A stretch of DNA of 64,000 nt from contig JAFEIJ010000015.1 in the NCBI GenBank assembly GCA_017495115.1, positions 3,553-67,552 of the forward strand. Reading direction: 5' to 3'. The stretch comes from Chitinophagaceae bacterium (GTDB lineage: Bacteria; Bacteroidota; Bacteroidia; Chitinophagales; JADJOU01). The position numbers and the translations under genes are program-made. The stretch's first letter is position 1. Every line of letters starts with the position of its first letter. Below the pieces are notes generated by a model. The model worked only from the letters and a program-made list of their open reading frames with translations. It ran no database searches and was not told the DNA's origin. This document shows, in pieces, positions 10,509 through 21,256 of the stretch.

Positions 10509-11489
10509 TTACAACTCAATAGAAGTCGTCATTTTACTATACTTTTCAATTCGAGCCTGAATACGTTCTTCAGCCGTCATTTTTTCTAATGGCTTTAATT
10601 CATCTAAAATATGTTTTTTAAGCGTTTGAGCCATTTCTTTTGGTTGAAAATGAGCACCACCGCATGGTTCTTTAACGATTCCATCTATAATTTTATTGTT
10701 TAAATTATCATCAGGAGTCAACTTTAATGCTTCTGCAGCCTTTTCTTTATGTTCCCAACTTCTCCATAAAATACTACTACAAGATTCTGGAGATATTACG
10801 GTAAACCACGTATTCTGAAGCATAAAGGTTTTATCTCCTACGCCTATTCCTAAAGCGCCTCCCGATGCACCTTCTCCAATCACATAACATAAAATTGGAA
10901 CGGTAAGTTGAGCCATTTCATATAAATTACGAGCAATTGCTTCCGCTTGACCACGATCTTCAGCTTCAATACCAGGGAAGGCACCAGGTGTATCAATTAA
11001 TGTAACAACTGGGATATTGAATTTTTCAGCCATTTTCATCATACGCAATGCTTTTCGATAGCCTTCAGGATTAGGCATTCCAAAATTACGATATTGACGC
11101 ATTTTGGTATTAATTCCTTTTTGATGACCAATAATCATAACCGATTTACCTTCAATTTTTGCCATATAGCAAACAATTGCTTTATCATCTTTTACATTAC
11201 GATCTCCATGAAGTTCAATAAACTCATCTGCAATTTGATTGACATAAAAAATAGAATACGGGCGATTTGGGTGTCTCGAAAGTTGAACTTTTTGCCAAGT
11301 TGTTAAGTTTTGAGTAATCTCAACTTTAGTTTCTTCAATTTTCTGTTCAATTTCTTTTATCTTATCATCCATAGGTAGCTTAGATTTAGCTTCCATGGAT
11401 TTCAACTGTTCAATTTGTTCATAAAGCGCTTTGATAGGCTCTTCAAACTCTAAAAATTGTAATGGCATACTTTCGTTGCTATTTTCCAT
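10509..11489 (-). CDS. accA: acetyl-CoA carboxylase carboxyltransferase subunit alpha
   Basis: LSRHPNRPY...[23 protein letters not shown]...[16 protein letters not shown] are AccA motifs. I moved the start to ATG 11487-11489 because the ORF-track TTG start (11511-11513) sits inside a CAAATATA -7 box. Confidence 0.9.
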   Translation of the reverse strand: MENSNESMPLQFLEFEEPIKALYEQIEQLKSMEAKSKLPMDDKIKEIEQKIEETKVEITQNLTTWQKVQLSRHPNRPYSIFYVNQIADEFIELHGDRNVKDDKAIVCYMAKIEGKSVMIIGHQKGINTKMRQYRNFGMPNPEGYRKALRMMKMAEKFNIPVVTLIDTPGAFPGIEAEDRGQAEAIARNLYEMAQLTVPILCYVIGEGASGGALGIGVGDKTFMLQNTWFTVISPESCSSILWRSWEHKEKAAEALKLTPDDNLNNKIIDGIVKEPCGGAHFQPKEMAQTLKKHILDELKPLEKMTAEERIQARIEKYSKMTTSIEL

Positions 11490-11510
11490 AACTTTTATTT
11501 TTGAGGGATG

Positions 11511-11518
11511 CAAATATA
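11511..11518 (-). promoter_or_regulatory. -7 box TATATTTG (accA)
   Basis: CAAATATA on the plus strand. 21 nt upstream of ATG 11489. Confidence 0.55.
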
Positions 11519-11592
11519 AGCAAAAAATACAGACTTATAGATATAAATCAAAATTTCAACTTAAAAATATGGTTCAATTAGAAAACGTTTTG

Positions 11593-12777
11593 TTAAAAAT
11601 TTTCCAACTTCCAAGCATCTGAAACAGCCTTAGATACTAACTTTACGATATTTTTATCAAATGGATTTGGTAAAATATTGTCTTTTGTAGGATTTTCGAT
11701 GGTCTCTGCTAATGCAAGCGCTGCAGCTAATTTCATACGCGGTGTAATTCGTGTGGCTTTTGCATCAAGGGCACCTTTAAAAATACCCGGAAATGCCAAA
11801 ACATTATTCACTTGATTGGCAAAATCACTTCTTCCTGTCCCCACAATAGCTGCACCTCCTTTATAAGCCTCTTCGGGCATGATTTCAGGTATTGGATTGG
11901 CCATAGCAAATACAAATGCATCTTTATTCATTGTCTTAATATCTTCAGACGTCAATAAATTTCCGCTACTAACACCAATAAAAACATCTGCGTTTTTTAT
12001 TGCGTCTTTTAAAGTACCTTGTAAATTAGAAAAATTGGAGTGTTTTAATAACTCTCGTTTGCTTTCATTTAAATCTGTTCGAGTTTTTGAAATAATTCCA
12101 CGCGTATCACACATTAATATTTCGGCAACCGAAGTACAATAATTTTTATCAAAATCGATACATTTTAAAAGCTTCATAATCGCAACACCTGCGGCGCCCG
12201 ATCCATTGATAACCACTTTTAAATCTGCCATATTTTTACCTGTAATTTTACAAGCATTTATCATAGCAGCTAATAAAACAATCGCAGTTCCATGCTGATC
12301 ATCATGAAAAACAGGAATACCTATTTCTTGTAATTTTTCTTCAATTTCAAAACATTTTGGTGCCGCAATATCTTCAAGATTAATACCTCCAAAAACAGGA
12401 GCAATATTCTTAATTATAAAAATTAGCTCGTCTTTATCTTGTGTTTTTAAACAAATCGGAAATGCGTCAATATCTGCAAATTCTTTAAACAAAATAGCCT
12501 TTCCTTCCATAACTGGAATTGAAGCCTCTGCGCCAATATTTCCTAGACCTAAAACCGCACTACCGTCTGAAACAATAGCAACAGTATTGGATTTTATCGT
12601 CATTGTTTTAGCTAATTCTATATTTTTACTAATCTCTATACAAGGCTGAGCAACCCCTGGCGAATAAACCGTTGCTAAATCATCCTTATCTTCTACTTTT
12701 ACTTTTGAAACTATGCCTAACTTTCCCTTTTTTTCTAAATGCAATTTAACGCTATCTTCAAAATAATTTTTTGACAT
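11593..12777 (-). CDS. NAD(P)-dependent malic enzyme (short form)
   Basis: VYSPGVA.PC..I, VSDGSAVLGLGNIG, FGGINLEDI and GSGAAGVA (Rossmann) motifs of the malic enzyme family. Confidence 0.85.
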   Translation of the reverse strand: MSKNYFEDSVKLHLEKKGKLGIVSKVKVEDKDDLATVYSPGVAQPCIEISKNIELAKTMTIKSNTVAIVSDGSAVLGLGNIGAEASIPVMEGKAILFKEFADIDAFPICLKTQDKDELIFIIKNIAPVFGGINLEDIAAPKCFEIEEKLQEIGIPVFHDDQHGTAIVLLAAMINACKITGKNMADLKVVINGSGAAGVAIMKLLKCIDFDKNYCTSVAEILMCDTRGIISKTRTDLNESKRELLKHSNFSNLQGTLKDAIKNADVFIGVSSGNLLTSEDIKTMNKDAFVFAMANPIPEIMPEEAYKGGAAIVGTGRSDFANQVNNVLAFPGIFKGALDAKATRITPRMKLAAALALAETIENPTKDNILPNPFDKNIVKLVSKAVSDAWKLENF

Positions 12778-12804
12778 ACTTAAATCTTTACTTGTTTTTT
12801 TTAT

Positions 12805-13935
12805 TTATACAAAGATATGTGGAATTATTTTTTTAACATTGCTTAAATTTGAATAATTTTCATCTAAATATGATGTTCGATATTCAATCTCCTTTATATC
12901 AATAGGTTGATGCCATTTTAATTTAATCTGATGAATAAGCTCCTCAGGGGTATTTGCTATTTGACATAATGATTCCAAGCCTGAATTAGCAACAATTTTA
13001 TCATTGACTATTACATGTTTTGAATTGTACAAAGCATTTAAAACTTTTTGTTTTAATCCCGTTGATTGAAAAGAAATCAAAACATTGGCTTGCGCTTTTT
13101 GAATTAAAGATTTCATTTCTTCTTTTGATACATTTGATTTTAAAGAAATATGTGGATAATTTTTAATTAATTTCACTAAACTTTCTTTTGGGTTTTTACC
13201 TGCAATGATAACTTTATAGGGCAACTTACTAAAAACGGTAGAGATTAACCAAACTATAGCTTGATTATTTTCAACCACATCCAAACTGCCATGATATAAA
13301 ATATAATCTTCGGATTCATTTATAATATCGACCGTTTCATTAAGATGAAATAAAGGAACAAACATGGTGTTTTTGCAATATTTGGTCATATACTCCGCAT
13401 CTTTTTGATTTACACAAAAAATATTTTGAGCCGCATATAAAACATTTTCATACTTCTTTAGCTTTTTACTTTCGACACTAAAGTGTATTTTATGAATAAA
13501 ATTTTTATCGGCTTTACTTAAATTTTGATAGTAATCCGATTCAATATTGTGCATCCAAACGGATTTATTTCTTAAGGCCAATTCCGGATGATCCAGATAA
13601 AAACAAGTATGAAGTCCCTCAAAAAGAATTGGAGCATTATCCTTTTTTAAGTTATTTAAAAGCTCAAGATTACTGCGCGAAGAGACAATATAGGGCATCC
13701 AGTTAAAAAAAACTTGATAGATTTTTTTCCTTTGATAATAATATACATTTTTGCACATGGATTCGAGCGCATCACTATGTTCTTTACCTTTATAATCAAA
13801 ACAATGTAAATCAATTTCATAACCGAGCTCAAATAGTGTTTTAATTTTATAAAACACATCTATTATTCCACCATAATTTGGAGGATACGGAATATCAAAG
13901 GAAACTATATGAATTTTTTTATTTTGGTCGTTCAT
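12805..13935 (-). CDS. glycosyltransferase (GT-B, family 1/4-like)
   Basis: 376 aa. The N-terminal IHIVSFDIPYPPNYGGIIDVF is typical of Bacteroidota GT1-like mannosyltransferases. A TAGCTTTG box lies 30 nt upstream. Confidence 0.6.
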   Translation of the reverse strand: MNDQNKKIHIVSFDIPYPPNYGGIIDVFYKIKTLFELGYEIDLHCFDYKGKEHSDALESMCKNVYYYQRKKIYQVFFNWMPYIVSSRSNLELLNNLKKDNAPILFEGLHTCFYLDHPELALRNKSVWMHNIESDYYQNLSKADKNFIHKIHFSVESKKLKKYENVLYAAQNIFCVNQKDAEYMTKYCKNTMFVPLFHLNETVDIINESEDYILYHGSLDVVENNQAIVWLISTVFSKLPYKVIIAGKNPKESLVKLIKNYPHISLKSNVSKEEMKSLIQKAQANVLISFQSTGLKQKVLNALYNSKHVIVNDKIVANSGLESLCQIANTPEELIHQIKLKWHQPIDIKEIEYRTSYLDENYSNLSNVKKIIPHIFV

Positions 13936-13965
13936 TATTTTTATAGATTTCAGATAAATTGTTTA

Positions 13966-13973
13966 CAAAGCTA
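13966..13973 (-). promoter_or_regulatory. -7 box TAGCTTTG (glycosyltransferase)
   Basis: CAAAGCTA on the plus strand. 30 nt upstream of ATG 13935. Confidence 0.45.
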
Positions 13974-14044
13974 TATAGATATAAATGAAACAAGGTTGTT
14001 TTTTTATTAAAAAATTTTGTTTTATAATTAAATATTATAAGATA

Positions 14045-15172
14045 TCACTTGAAAATACTTCGTGGGCTCCAATTTTTTGGTTTTAAACGACTTAAGAAAA
14101 AAGGTGTTAAAATATTTAAAAAAATATTAGTGATTTTTAAAAAACTAAATACTCTAATTGGCTGCGCCCCAACAGAACTTTTAATTTCTTGAGCCGTTCG
14201 GCTCATACATACCTCAATCTTATTTTCATGGATACCGAGTTCAATCATTTTATACAACATTAAATTATATAACTTATTGGTTTGATTATAGTTATAATTT
14301 AATCCAATATAATGCACTTCAATTTCTTGATTGATTTCAAAGTAAGAAACAAAACCAAGTAAAGTCTCATTTTCTCTAAAACCAATTAACTTAAAAGTTA
14401 GAGATTGTTCTTCAAGGAATACTTTAAAATAATCTTTATTTAAATCTAATAACTTAAACTTACTTTTTTCGATGACATTATTAAATAAATTTTGAATTTC
14501 ATTTTGATACATTTCAAAATTGAAAGCGTCAATTTCAAAAAATTCAATATTTTTATTAAGTTGAAAGATTTTATTTTTTCGAACTCGATATTTTGAAATT
14601 AATTTATCATCATATTCTGAAAAATTTGAAAATAAATGACTTTTAAAAACCATTTTATTTTCGACTTCAAACAAATGAAACCCTTGACATTTATAGGATT
14701 GATGCTGACGAATTCCAGAGGCTTCATTGATCATGATTCCAATAGTCTTTTTGGAAATTTGCTTCCGTGCTATTCGAATCATTTCAAAAAGTATTTTATC
14801 GCGGTGTGGCTCGGAGAATAATGGATCGAAATACCATCCTGTTTCACAAGTAAATATTAAATTTCCTAAAACCAATAATTTACTTTTGATAACGTCAAGT
14901 CCTTTATTTAAAATAAATTTAACTACAAAGTTGGTGTCGGGCATATATTTCCGTAATGCATCTCCATTAAAATCCACAACTTGAAAACTAGCTAATCCTT
15001 TTAAAATATTATTTTTATAATATAAAACATATATATAATCTAACTCTGGGCTTGATTTTTCAAGCGTAGAAAGATAAGGATACGATAAAAAATATCTTGA
15101 ATCTGGAACAAAATGTATCCATTCATTCTCAGGAATTTCATGAATACTCTTATATACTTTAAATGAATTCAA
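14045..15172 (-). CDS. hypothetical protein, possibly a FemAB/GNAT-like acyltransferase
   Basis: 375-aa ORF next to the glycosyltransferase. The call rests only on size and context. No catalytic motif identified. Confidence 0.35.
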   Translation of the reverse strand: MNSFKVYKSIHEIPENEWIHFVPDSRYFLSYPYLSTLEKSSPELDYIYVLYYKNNILKGLASFQVVDFNGDALRKYMPDTNFVVKFILNKGLDVIKSKLLVLGNLIFTCETGWYFDPLFSEPHRDKILFEMIRIARKQISKKTIGIMINEASGIRQHQSYKCQGFHLFEVENKMVFKSHLFSNFSEYDDKLISKYRVRKNKIFQLNKNIEFFEIDAFNFEMYQNEIQNLFNNVIEKSKFKLLDLNKDYFKVFLEEQSLTFKLIGFRENETLLGFVSYFEINQEIEVHYIGLNYNYNQTNKLYNLMLYKMIELGIHENKIEVCMSRTAQEIKSSVGAQPIRVFSFLKITNIFLNILTPFFLSRLKPKNWSPRSIFK

Positions 15173-15260
15173 ATTATAAAATTATAAAAAAAATGAACAA
15201 AATTATTAAATTTTAAGTTCATTTTTAAATATGAAATTTCAATATTAAATGCTAAATCAA

Positions 15261-17144
15261 TTAATATGCCCTACCCGATTTATTTTCTACATAATTGATA
15301 AATGCCGCATTAGCTACTTTATTACCACCAATAGTAGCATAATTTCCACTAAAATACCAATCGCCACGATGCTCAGGACAAGCTTTTTGTAGATTATCTA
15401 AAGGTTGGAACACCAATTCTACTTCAAATGTTATATGTGAAGGAGTTACTAATTGAGCTGCTTTTTTACTTAATTCTTCTTCTGTAAATTGTGCATAAAA
15501 TGTCGTAACTTGATTTTGAATTTCATGACGTGGTTTTTGATTTTCTTCAATGCATTTTTTATAAATTTCTTGAATAAAATCAGATTGACCTCGATCTTTT
15601 AACAACTCAACTGCGGCTCTAAAAATTAATAAATCTCCCATATTACTCATATCAATGCCATAGCAATCAGGATAACGAATTTGGGGCGCCGAAGAAATTA
15701 CAATGAGTTTTTTTGGCTTTAAGCGTCCTAAAATATTAATAATACTTTGCTTCAGCGTAGTGCCTCGTACAATAGAATCATCTAAAATACAAAGTGTATC
15801 CGTATTGGGTTTGATTGAATTGTAAGTGATATCATAAACGTGAGAAACTAAATCATTTCGAGAATTATCGTTTGTTATAAACGTTCTAAGTTTTACATCT
15901 TTTACAATAACTTTTTCAGCTCTAACGCGGTCTTCTACTAATAAATTAATAATTTCGCTTGGCGTAGCATCTTTAAGTCCATTTGTAATTTGACTTCTAT
16001 AAATCTGCTCCAATCCTTTTATCAATCCATAATAAGCGGTTTCAGAAGTATTTGGAATATAACTAAAAACTGTATTTTTAAAATCGCCATTGATTTTTTG
16101 GAAAATAGAAGGCGCCAATAATTTACCCAATTGTTTTCTTTCATTATAAATTTCAGAATCCGTGCCACGAGCAAAATAAATGCGTTCAAAACTACAAGAT
16201 TTCTTTTCTTTTGGTTCCTGAATCATTGTTAGCTGAGGCGCTTTATTATTTTTTAGAATTAAAGCTTGCGCAGGTAATAATTCGACAATATCGGAATAAT
16301 CGACATCAAAAACCGTTTGGATTGCGGGTCTTTCGCTTGCTACTACAGTAAATTCATCACAATGGTAATAAAAACATGGACGAATTCCATTTGGATCTCT
16401 AAAAACAAAAGAATCTCCATGTCCAATAACACCTGTCATAACATAACCTCCATCAAATCCTCTTACGGCCTTACTTAATATTTTTTCAATTTCAAGCTGT
16501 TCCGAAATTAAATTTGAAATCTCTACATTATCTAAACCATCTTTTTTGAACTTTTCAAACATTTCTTGAACTTCGGCATCTAAAAAATGACCAATTTTTT
16601 CAAGAACCAAAACGGTATCCGCTTTTTGTCTCGGATGTTGCCCCAAGCTAATAAGATGCTCTAAAAGCTCATCGACATTCGTTAGATTAAAATTGCCTGC
16701 CAAAACTAAATTACGCGTAATCCAATTTGATTTACGATAAAACGGGTGGCAAATTTTTTCAGATAAATCGCCATGTGTACCATATCTCAAGTGACCTAAA
16801 AAAACATTTCCGAAAACATCACAATGTTGTTTTAGATATGACGCATCTTTCATTTTATCTTCCGGAATCTTATTATATGTTGCGTAACAGTTTTCAAATA
16901 TCTTTTGTAAAGAATTTGATGCTGCACTTCGTTCTCTATAAATAAAATCCGTTCCAATTTCCGTATCTTGTTTGATAACCGCAATTCCAGAACCATCCTG
17001 GCCTCTATTGCGTTGTTTTTCCATCAATAAATACATTTTATCAAGCCCAAAAGAAGGCTTTTGATATTTATCAATATAATATTGAAGCGGCTTATGTAGT
17101 TTTAAAAGAGCAATTCCACATTCGTGTTTGATAGCGTCGGACAT
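15261..17144 (-). CDS. purF: amidophosphoribosyltransferase (long Bacteroidota form)
   Basis: N-terminal HECGI (Ntn Cys), RGQDGSGI, and the PRTase motif LDDSIVRGTT. 627 aa, as in flavobacterial PurF. Confidence 0.9.
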   Translation of the reverse strand: MSDAIKHECGIALLKLHKPLQYYIDKYQKPSFGLDKMYLLMEKQRNRGQDGSGIAVIKQDTEIGTDFIYRERSAASNSLQKIFENCYATYNKIPEDKMKDASYLKQHCDVFGNVFLGHLRYGTHGDLSEKICHPFYRKSNWITRNLVLAGNFNLTNVDELLEHLISLGQHPRQKADTVLVLEKIGHFLDAEVQEMFEKFKKDGLDNVEISNLISEQLEIEKILSKAVRGFDGGYVMTGVIGHGDSFVFRDPNGIRPCFYYHCDEFTVVASERPAIQTVFDVDYSDIVELLPAQALILKNNKAPQLTMIQEPKEKKSCSFERIYFARGTDSEIYNERKQLGKLLAPSIFQKINGDFKNTVFSYIPNTSETAYYGLIKGLEQIYRSQITNGLKDATPSEIINLLVEDRVRAEKVIVKDVKLRTFITNDNSRNDLVSHVYDITYNSIKPNTDTLCILDDSIVRGTTLKQSIINILGRLKPKKLIVISSAPQIRYPDCYGIDMSNMGDLLIFRAAVELLKDRGQSDFIQEIYKKCIEENQKPRHEIQNQVTTFYAQFTEEELSKKAAQLVTPSHITFEVELVFQPLDNLQKACPEHRGDWYFSGNYATIGGNKVANAAFINYVENKSGRAY

Positions 17145-17166
17145 AAAAAAAAATCAAAAATATAAA

Positions 17167-17583
17167 TTAATCAATCGTTGCAATACATTTTAACTCAATT
17201 GAAATCGAGCTTGGCAAAGAAGAAACCTCAACAGTAGTTCTACAAGGCATCGCATCTTTAAAATACTCGGCATATAGTTTATTATAAATATGAAAATCGC
17301 GTTTCATATTTACTAAAAATACAGTTACGTCTACTAAATTTTCCCATTTAGAACCACTTTCTTCTAAAACTGTTTTTACATTTTCAAAAACAGAACGACA
17401 TTGCGCTTCAAAATCAAAAGTGATGTAATTGCCATACTTATCAAGCGTTAAGCCAGGAATTTCATCCGTTCCGGCTTTTCGTGGTCCAATGCCACTTAAA
17501 AATAGTAACTGGCCAACTTTTCTTGAATGTGGATACAAACCTAATGGTTTAGCTGCTTTGTCGGTTAAAAGCGGTGAAGACAT
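17167..17583 (-). CDS. RidA/YjgF family protein
   Basis: 138 aa. LFLSGIGP...VDVTVFL...PCRTTVEV..LP is the YjgF-fold pattern. Confidence 0.8.
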   Translation of the reverse strand: MSSPLLTDKAAKPLGLYPHSRKVGQLLFLSGIGPRKAGTDEIPGLTLDKYGNYITFDFEAQCRSVFENVKTVLEESGSKWENLVDVTVFLVNMKRDFHIYNKLYAEYFKDAMPCRTTVEVSSLPSSISIELKCIATID

Positions 17584-17602
17584 TTTTTATAATTTTAGGA
17601 AA

Positions 17603-17610
17603 CAAATATA
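17603..17610 (-). promoter_or_regulatory. -7 box TATATTTG (RidA-family gene / purF operon)
   Basis: CAAATATA on the plus strand. 19 nt upstream of ATG 17583. Confidence 0.55.
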
Positions 17611-17753
17611 ATGATTTTAAATTATTCCAATCTTACTTATAATGAGTATTAATTTTTCAATGATTCCCGATATTTTTGTTTTACCCTTATTGTTTTACTT
17701 TTAAGGGATATGTTGCAAAAATTCGAGCAAGACTTAGAATTTAGTCTATAAAC

Positions 17754-17782
17754 AAAAAAATCCACTTCACAAGGAAGTGGAT
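17754..17782 (-). terminator. rho-independent terminator of rplS
   Basis: Stem ATCCACTTC / GAAGTGGAT (17760-17768 / 17774-17782). It is followed on the minus strand by a U-run (A7 at 17754-17760 on the plus strand), 27 nt after the rplS stop. Confidence 0.75.
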
Positions 17783-17808
17783 TTAAAATATTCATGAAGA
17801 AAAAATAA

Positions 17809-18162
17809 TTAAGAAACTCTTTTTTCTTTAATACGCATTGCTTTTCCTTTAAGATCACGAATGTAATAGATTTTAGATCTTCTAACACGACCCATTTTAT
17901 TAACTTCGATTTTGTCAATCATTGGTGAATGCATTGGGAAAATACGTTCTACACCTACGCCATTGCTTAATTTTCTAACGCAAAAACGTTTTTGTAAACC
18001 TTGACCATTGATATAAATAACATCACCACGATAAATCTGAATTCGCTCTTTAGCTCCTTCGATGATTTTGTAATGAACGCTTACGTTGTCTCCAGTGTTG
18101 AAAGTTGGAACATTTTTATCTGCTATTAATAGCTGATTGATTTCGTGTACTATATTGCTCAT
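17809..18162 (-). CDS. rplS: 50S ribosomal protein L19
   Basis: FNTGDNVSVHYKIIEG.KERIQ.YRGDVI...G....F.VRK...GVGVERIFP.HSP is canonical L19. A terminator lies downstream and a -7 box upstream. Confidence 0.95.
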   Translation of the reverse strand: MSNIVHEINQLLIADKNVPTFNTGDNVSVHYKIIEGAKERIQIYRGDVIYINGQGLQKRFCVRKLSNGVGVERIFPMHSPMIDKIEVNKMGRVRRSKIYYIRDLKGKAMRIKEKRVS

Positions 18163-18187
18163 ATTATTGATTTTTCTAAAAGGAGTG

Positions 18188-18195
18188 CAAATATA
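18188..18195 (-). promoter_or_regulatory. -7 box TATATTTG (rplS)
   Basis: CAAATATA on the plus strand. 25 nt upstream of ATG 18162. Confidence 0.55.
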
Positions 18196-18292
18196 AAATA
18201 TTTTTTTTTATCGAGTGTTTTTTTTATTGAATAATTAATTTCCAAAATAATAAAAAGGCAATTTCTTAATCACAATGAATTCAAAATTACTT

Positions 18293-18736
18293 TCATTTAC
18301 TATCTAAAACAATCGTTACAGGGCCATCATTGATTAATTCTATTTGCATCGAAGCACCAAATATTCCAGTAGGAATAGACTTGCCAAGCGCCTCCTCCAT
18401 TTTTTTGACAAAACGAAGATACATTTCATTGGCTTTTTGAGGTGGGGCGGCCTCAATAAATGAAGGCCTATTCCCTTTTTTACAATCGGCAAACAAAGTA
18501 AACTGACTCACCACCATACAATCTAATTGGGTGTCGAGCAGCGAGCGATTCATTTTTTGTTCTTCATCTTCAAAAATACGCAAATTGGTAATTTTGCGCA
18601 CTAAATAATCCATATCGTCTTCCGAATCATGATGCCCTACGCCCAATAATATCAAAAAGCCATTATCTATCTGCCCCACTATTTTTTGATCTACCGTTAC
18701 TTTAGCTTTTTGAACTCTTTGTATAACAACCCGCAT
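18293..18736 (-). CDS. dtd: D-aminoacyl-tRNA deacylase
   Basis: MRVVIQRV..A.V.V......G.I..G.L.LLGV...D, SQFTL.ADCKKGNRPSF and NDGPVT motifs. Confidence 0.9.
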   Translation of the reverse strand: MRVVIQRVQKAKVTVDQKIVGQIDNGFLILLGVGHHDSEDDMDYLVRKITNLRIFEDEEQKMNRSLLDTQLDCMVVSQFTLFADCKKGNRPSFIEAAPPQKANEMYLRFVKKMEEALGKSIPTGIFGASMQIELINDGPVTIVLDSK

Positions 18737-18799
18737 TTAAAATATTATTTTGTTCTGACAAAAATAGGTAATTCTTATCTTTGTAAAGATATTTAAAAA

Positions 18800-19153
18800 A
18801 TGAATGAAAAAGAAGTCTGCTTATTTGTACAAAATAAGGCTAAAAATGATTTTAATATTCTTAAAAAATGGACGGACTACAGCTTAAAAAAAGAAAGTGA
18901 ATCCACATTTTACGAAGAACTTGAGCGTTTAATACAAAAACATATTCAAGAAAAGTTAGATAATGACTTTAATGGATTGCTGCGTTTTTTATATCAAGAA
19001 GATATTTCTGAAAAAAAAATCAAGGCTGTTTTTGATGGAAGTTTTTCGGATGAGGTAGCTCAAAAAATAACTAAATTATATATCGAACGTTGTCAAGAGA
19101 AATATAATACCCGAAAAGCTTTTGAAAATAAAGATGAAATTGGAGACTGGTAA
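18800..19153 (+). CDS. hypothetical protein
   Basis: 117-aa ORF with an ATG start. No motif recognised. Confidence 0.4.
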   Translation: MNEKEVCLFVQNKAKNDFNILKKWTDYSLKKESESTFYEELERLIQKHIQEKLDNDFNGLLRFLYQEDISEKKIKAVFDGSFSDEVAQKITKLYIERCQEKYNTRKAFENKDEIGDW

Positions 19154-19157
19154 AAGA

Positions 19158-20369
19158 CTATTCGTCAGTGCCTTGATCTTCTTCGTGGCTATTAAAGTTA
19201 TCTAGAATGTTAAACATTTCTTTAGCCTTATGATAAACAATTGGATTTAAACGATTGCTTAAAATAATCACACAACTGTTGTCGGACTCTCTTCGATGAA
19301 AAGCAGTTCGATAACCGTGCCACCAACCATTATGATAAATAATTTTTTGCTTATTCTGATCCACTCTCAAACGAAATCCTAGCCCATATTGTTTATTCGA
19401 ACTTGATTCCCACACGTGGTTACTAAAGGCTAAATCTAAAGTCGTTTTTTTCAATAAAACATCAGGATATAACGCTCTATCAAAACGATACATATCTTCT
19501 ATTGTACTATATGCGCCTTTATCGCCAAATACGCCATCGAATTTATCAATAGGATGAATTTGGTTATTCGGGTATAAACCAAAGGTTCTATTTTCCATGT
19601 TCCAAATTTGATCAGGATATGCAAAATAACTATTTTTCATACCCAAAGGTTCAAAAATATACTTCTTGGCATAATCTTGAAAAGACATGCCACTTAATTT
19701 TTCAACCAACAAGCCCAAAAGCATGTAATTAGAATTATTATACTTAAACCTTGCATTTGCATTAAATTCACGTCCTGCTTTTGCCGAACAAAGCGCATTA
19801 TAAGCATCTAAATTGGTATAATACATTACCGAGGCAGGGTAATGCCTTTTATCTAATTTAATGTAATCCGGTATACCACTTCGGTGACTTAACAATTGAC
19901 GAACCGTAACATCGGTATAAGGAAAATCAGGAAAATAGGTAGCAACATAATCATCAAGGCCTAAAATTTCTTGTTCGATTAAAAGCAACGTCGCTACAGC
20001 AGTAATGGTTTTAGAAACTGAAGCCAACTGAAATACAGAGTTGTTCATCAAAGGCTCATTGAGCTGCGGATTGGCTTGTCCAAAAGAATTTTTATAAATT
20101 ACTTGACCGTGCTGTGCAACCAATACGCAACCATTAAATTTATTACTATAGGCTAAATTACGAAAGATGGAATCAATTTTATATTCTTTGATGACAATAT
20201 CCGCAACTTTTTTCTTTAGATTTTCATTTCTATAAAAAAGAAGCTTGTTATGAATTTTTTCAGAAGATTCATTTATATTGGCATAACGATTTATGTTATT
20301 CGTATTAAAACTTGTCGATAAAAATCCAACTAAAGGTATAAAAACAAAAATTTTAAAAAATCGAATCAT
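19158..20369 (-). CDS. serine hydrolase (beta-lactamase/PBP4-like family)
   Basis: SxxK motif in FQLASVSKTITA, and YNNSNY (YxN). Signal peptide MIRFFKIFVFIPLVGFLS. Start taken at ATG 20367-20369 rather than the upstream TTG. Confidence 0.75.
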   Translation of the reverse strand: MIRFFKIFVFIPLVGFLSTSFNTNNINRYANINESSEKIHNKLLFYRNENLKKKVADIVIKEYKIDSIFRNLAYSNKFNGCVLVAQHGQVIYKNSFGQANPQLNEPLMNNSVFQLASVSKTITAVATLLLIEQEILGLDDYVATYFPDFPYTDVTVRQLLSHRSGIPDYIKLDKRHYPASVMYYTNLDAYNALCSAKAGREFNANARFKYNNSNYMLLGLLVEKLSGMSFQDYAKKYIFEPLGMKNSYFAYPDQIWNMENRTFGLYPNNQIHPIDKFDGVFGDKGAYSTIEDMYRFDRALYPDVLLKKTTLDLAFSNHVWESSSNKQYGLGFRLRVDQNKQKIIYHNGWWHGYRTAFHRRESDNSCVIILSNRLNPIVYHKAKEMFNILDNFNSHEEDQGTDE

Positions 20370-20452
20370 AAATGTTATAAACTTAAAGTACAAAATTAAA
20401 TCATTTTTTAAACAAACTCAATTTTACTTTCCACAAAAAAAACACTTTTGAC

Positions 20453-20460
20453 TACTTTTG
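20453..20460 (+). promoter_or_regulatory. -7 box TACTTTTG (DUF2520 gene)
   Basis: 43 nt before ATG 20504. Confidence 0.4.
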
Positions 20461-20503
20461 TAATCAAAACACTTGCAAAAGTAATAAAAAATATTAAAAT
20501 TTT

Positions 20504-21256
20504 ATGAAAATAGTCATTATCGGAGCAGGAAATGTTGCTTTTCATCTTATAAAAAGTATCACAAATTCGGGACATCAATTGGTTCAAATATATAACCGAA
20601 CCATTGAAAACATAAATGAAAGCACAAAAAAAATACCCCTATCCGATTCAATTGGAGGCATTTATCCGAATGCAGATATTTATTTGATTTGCGTAAAAGA
20701 TAATGCCATTGAAGAAATTGCAAATCAATTGAATTTAAAAGATAAATTAGTATTGCACACATCGGGAAATCGAACGATGAATATACTAAAAAATAGCTCA
20801 TCGAATTATGGAATCTTTTACCCAATACAATCATTCACCAAAGAAATTCCTTTAGAATTCAAAAAAGTGCCTATTATTATAGAAGCAAATAGCGCTGAGG
20901 CTTATGAAAAATTAAAATCTTTTGCGGAAAGCATTTCAGAGCGGGTTATTGAAATGAATTTAGAAAAACGCCAGAAATTAAATATAGCAGGAGTTTTTGT
21001 AAATAATTTCACCAATCATATTTATCATTTAATGCATGATTATCTTGACAAAGAATCTATAGATTTTTCAATATTGCATCCAATTATTCAGAATACGGTG
21101 GATAAAATAAAAATTAAAAATCCAAAGACTTGTCAAACCGGCCCCGCAATTCGAAATGACTTCGAAACAATTAACAATCAAAAAAAGATTTTAGAAAATG
21201 AAGAAGATTTATTAAAAATTTACATAGAATTTACTCAAGAAATTATGGAAAAATAA
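20504..21256 (+). CDS. Rossmann-fold / DUF2520 domain protein (ProC-like)
   Basis: N-terminal MKIVIIGAGNVA dinucleotide-binding motif. A C-terminal GPA.R.D motif and a 250-aa size fit the DUF2520 family. Confidence 0.65.
   Translation: MKIVIIGAGNVAFHLIKSITNSGHQLVQIYNRTIENINESTKKIPLSDSIGGIYPNADIYLICVKDNAIEEIANQLNLKDKLVLHTSGNRTMNILKNSSSNYGIFYPIQSFTKEIPLEFKKVPIIIEANSAEAYEKLKSFAESISERVIEMNLEKRQKLNIAGVFVNNFTNHIYHLMHDYLDKESIDFSILHPIIQNTVDKIKIKNPKTCQTGPAIRNDFETINNQKKILENEEDLLKIYIEFTQEIMEK

Noticed and set aside
15185-15225. Possible terminator hairpin AATGAAC/GTTCATT downstream of purF.
   Set aside because: The stem is only 7 bp, AT-rich, with a 19-nt loop. That is too weak to call.
17649-17918. 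89-aa minus-strand ORF spanning the RidA-rplS intergenic region.
   Set aside because: It overlaps the 3' end of rplS and runs through the rplS terminator hairpin. The sequence is low complexity.
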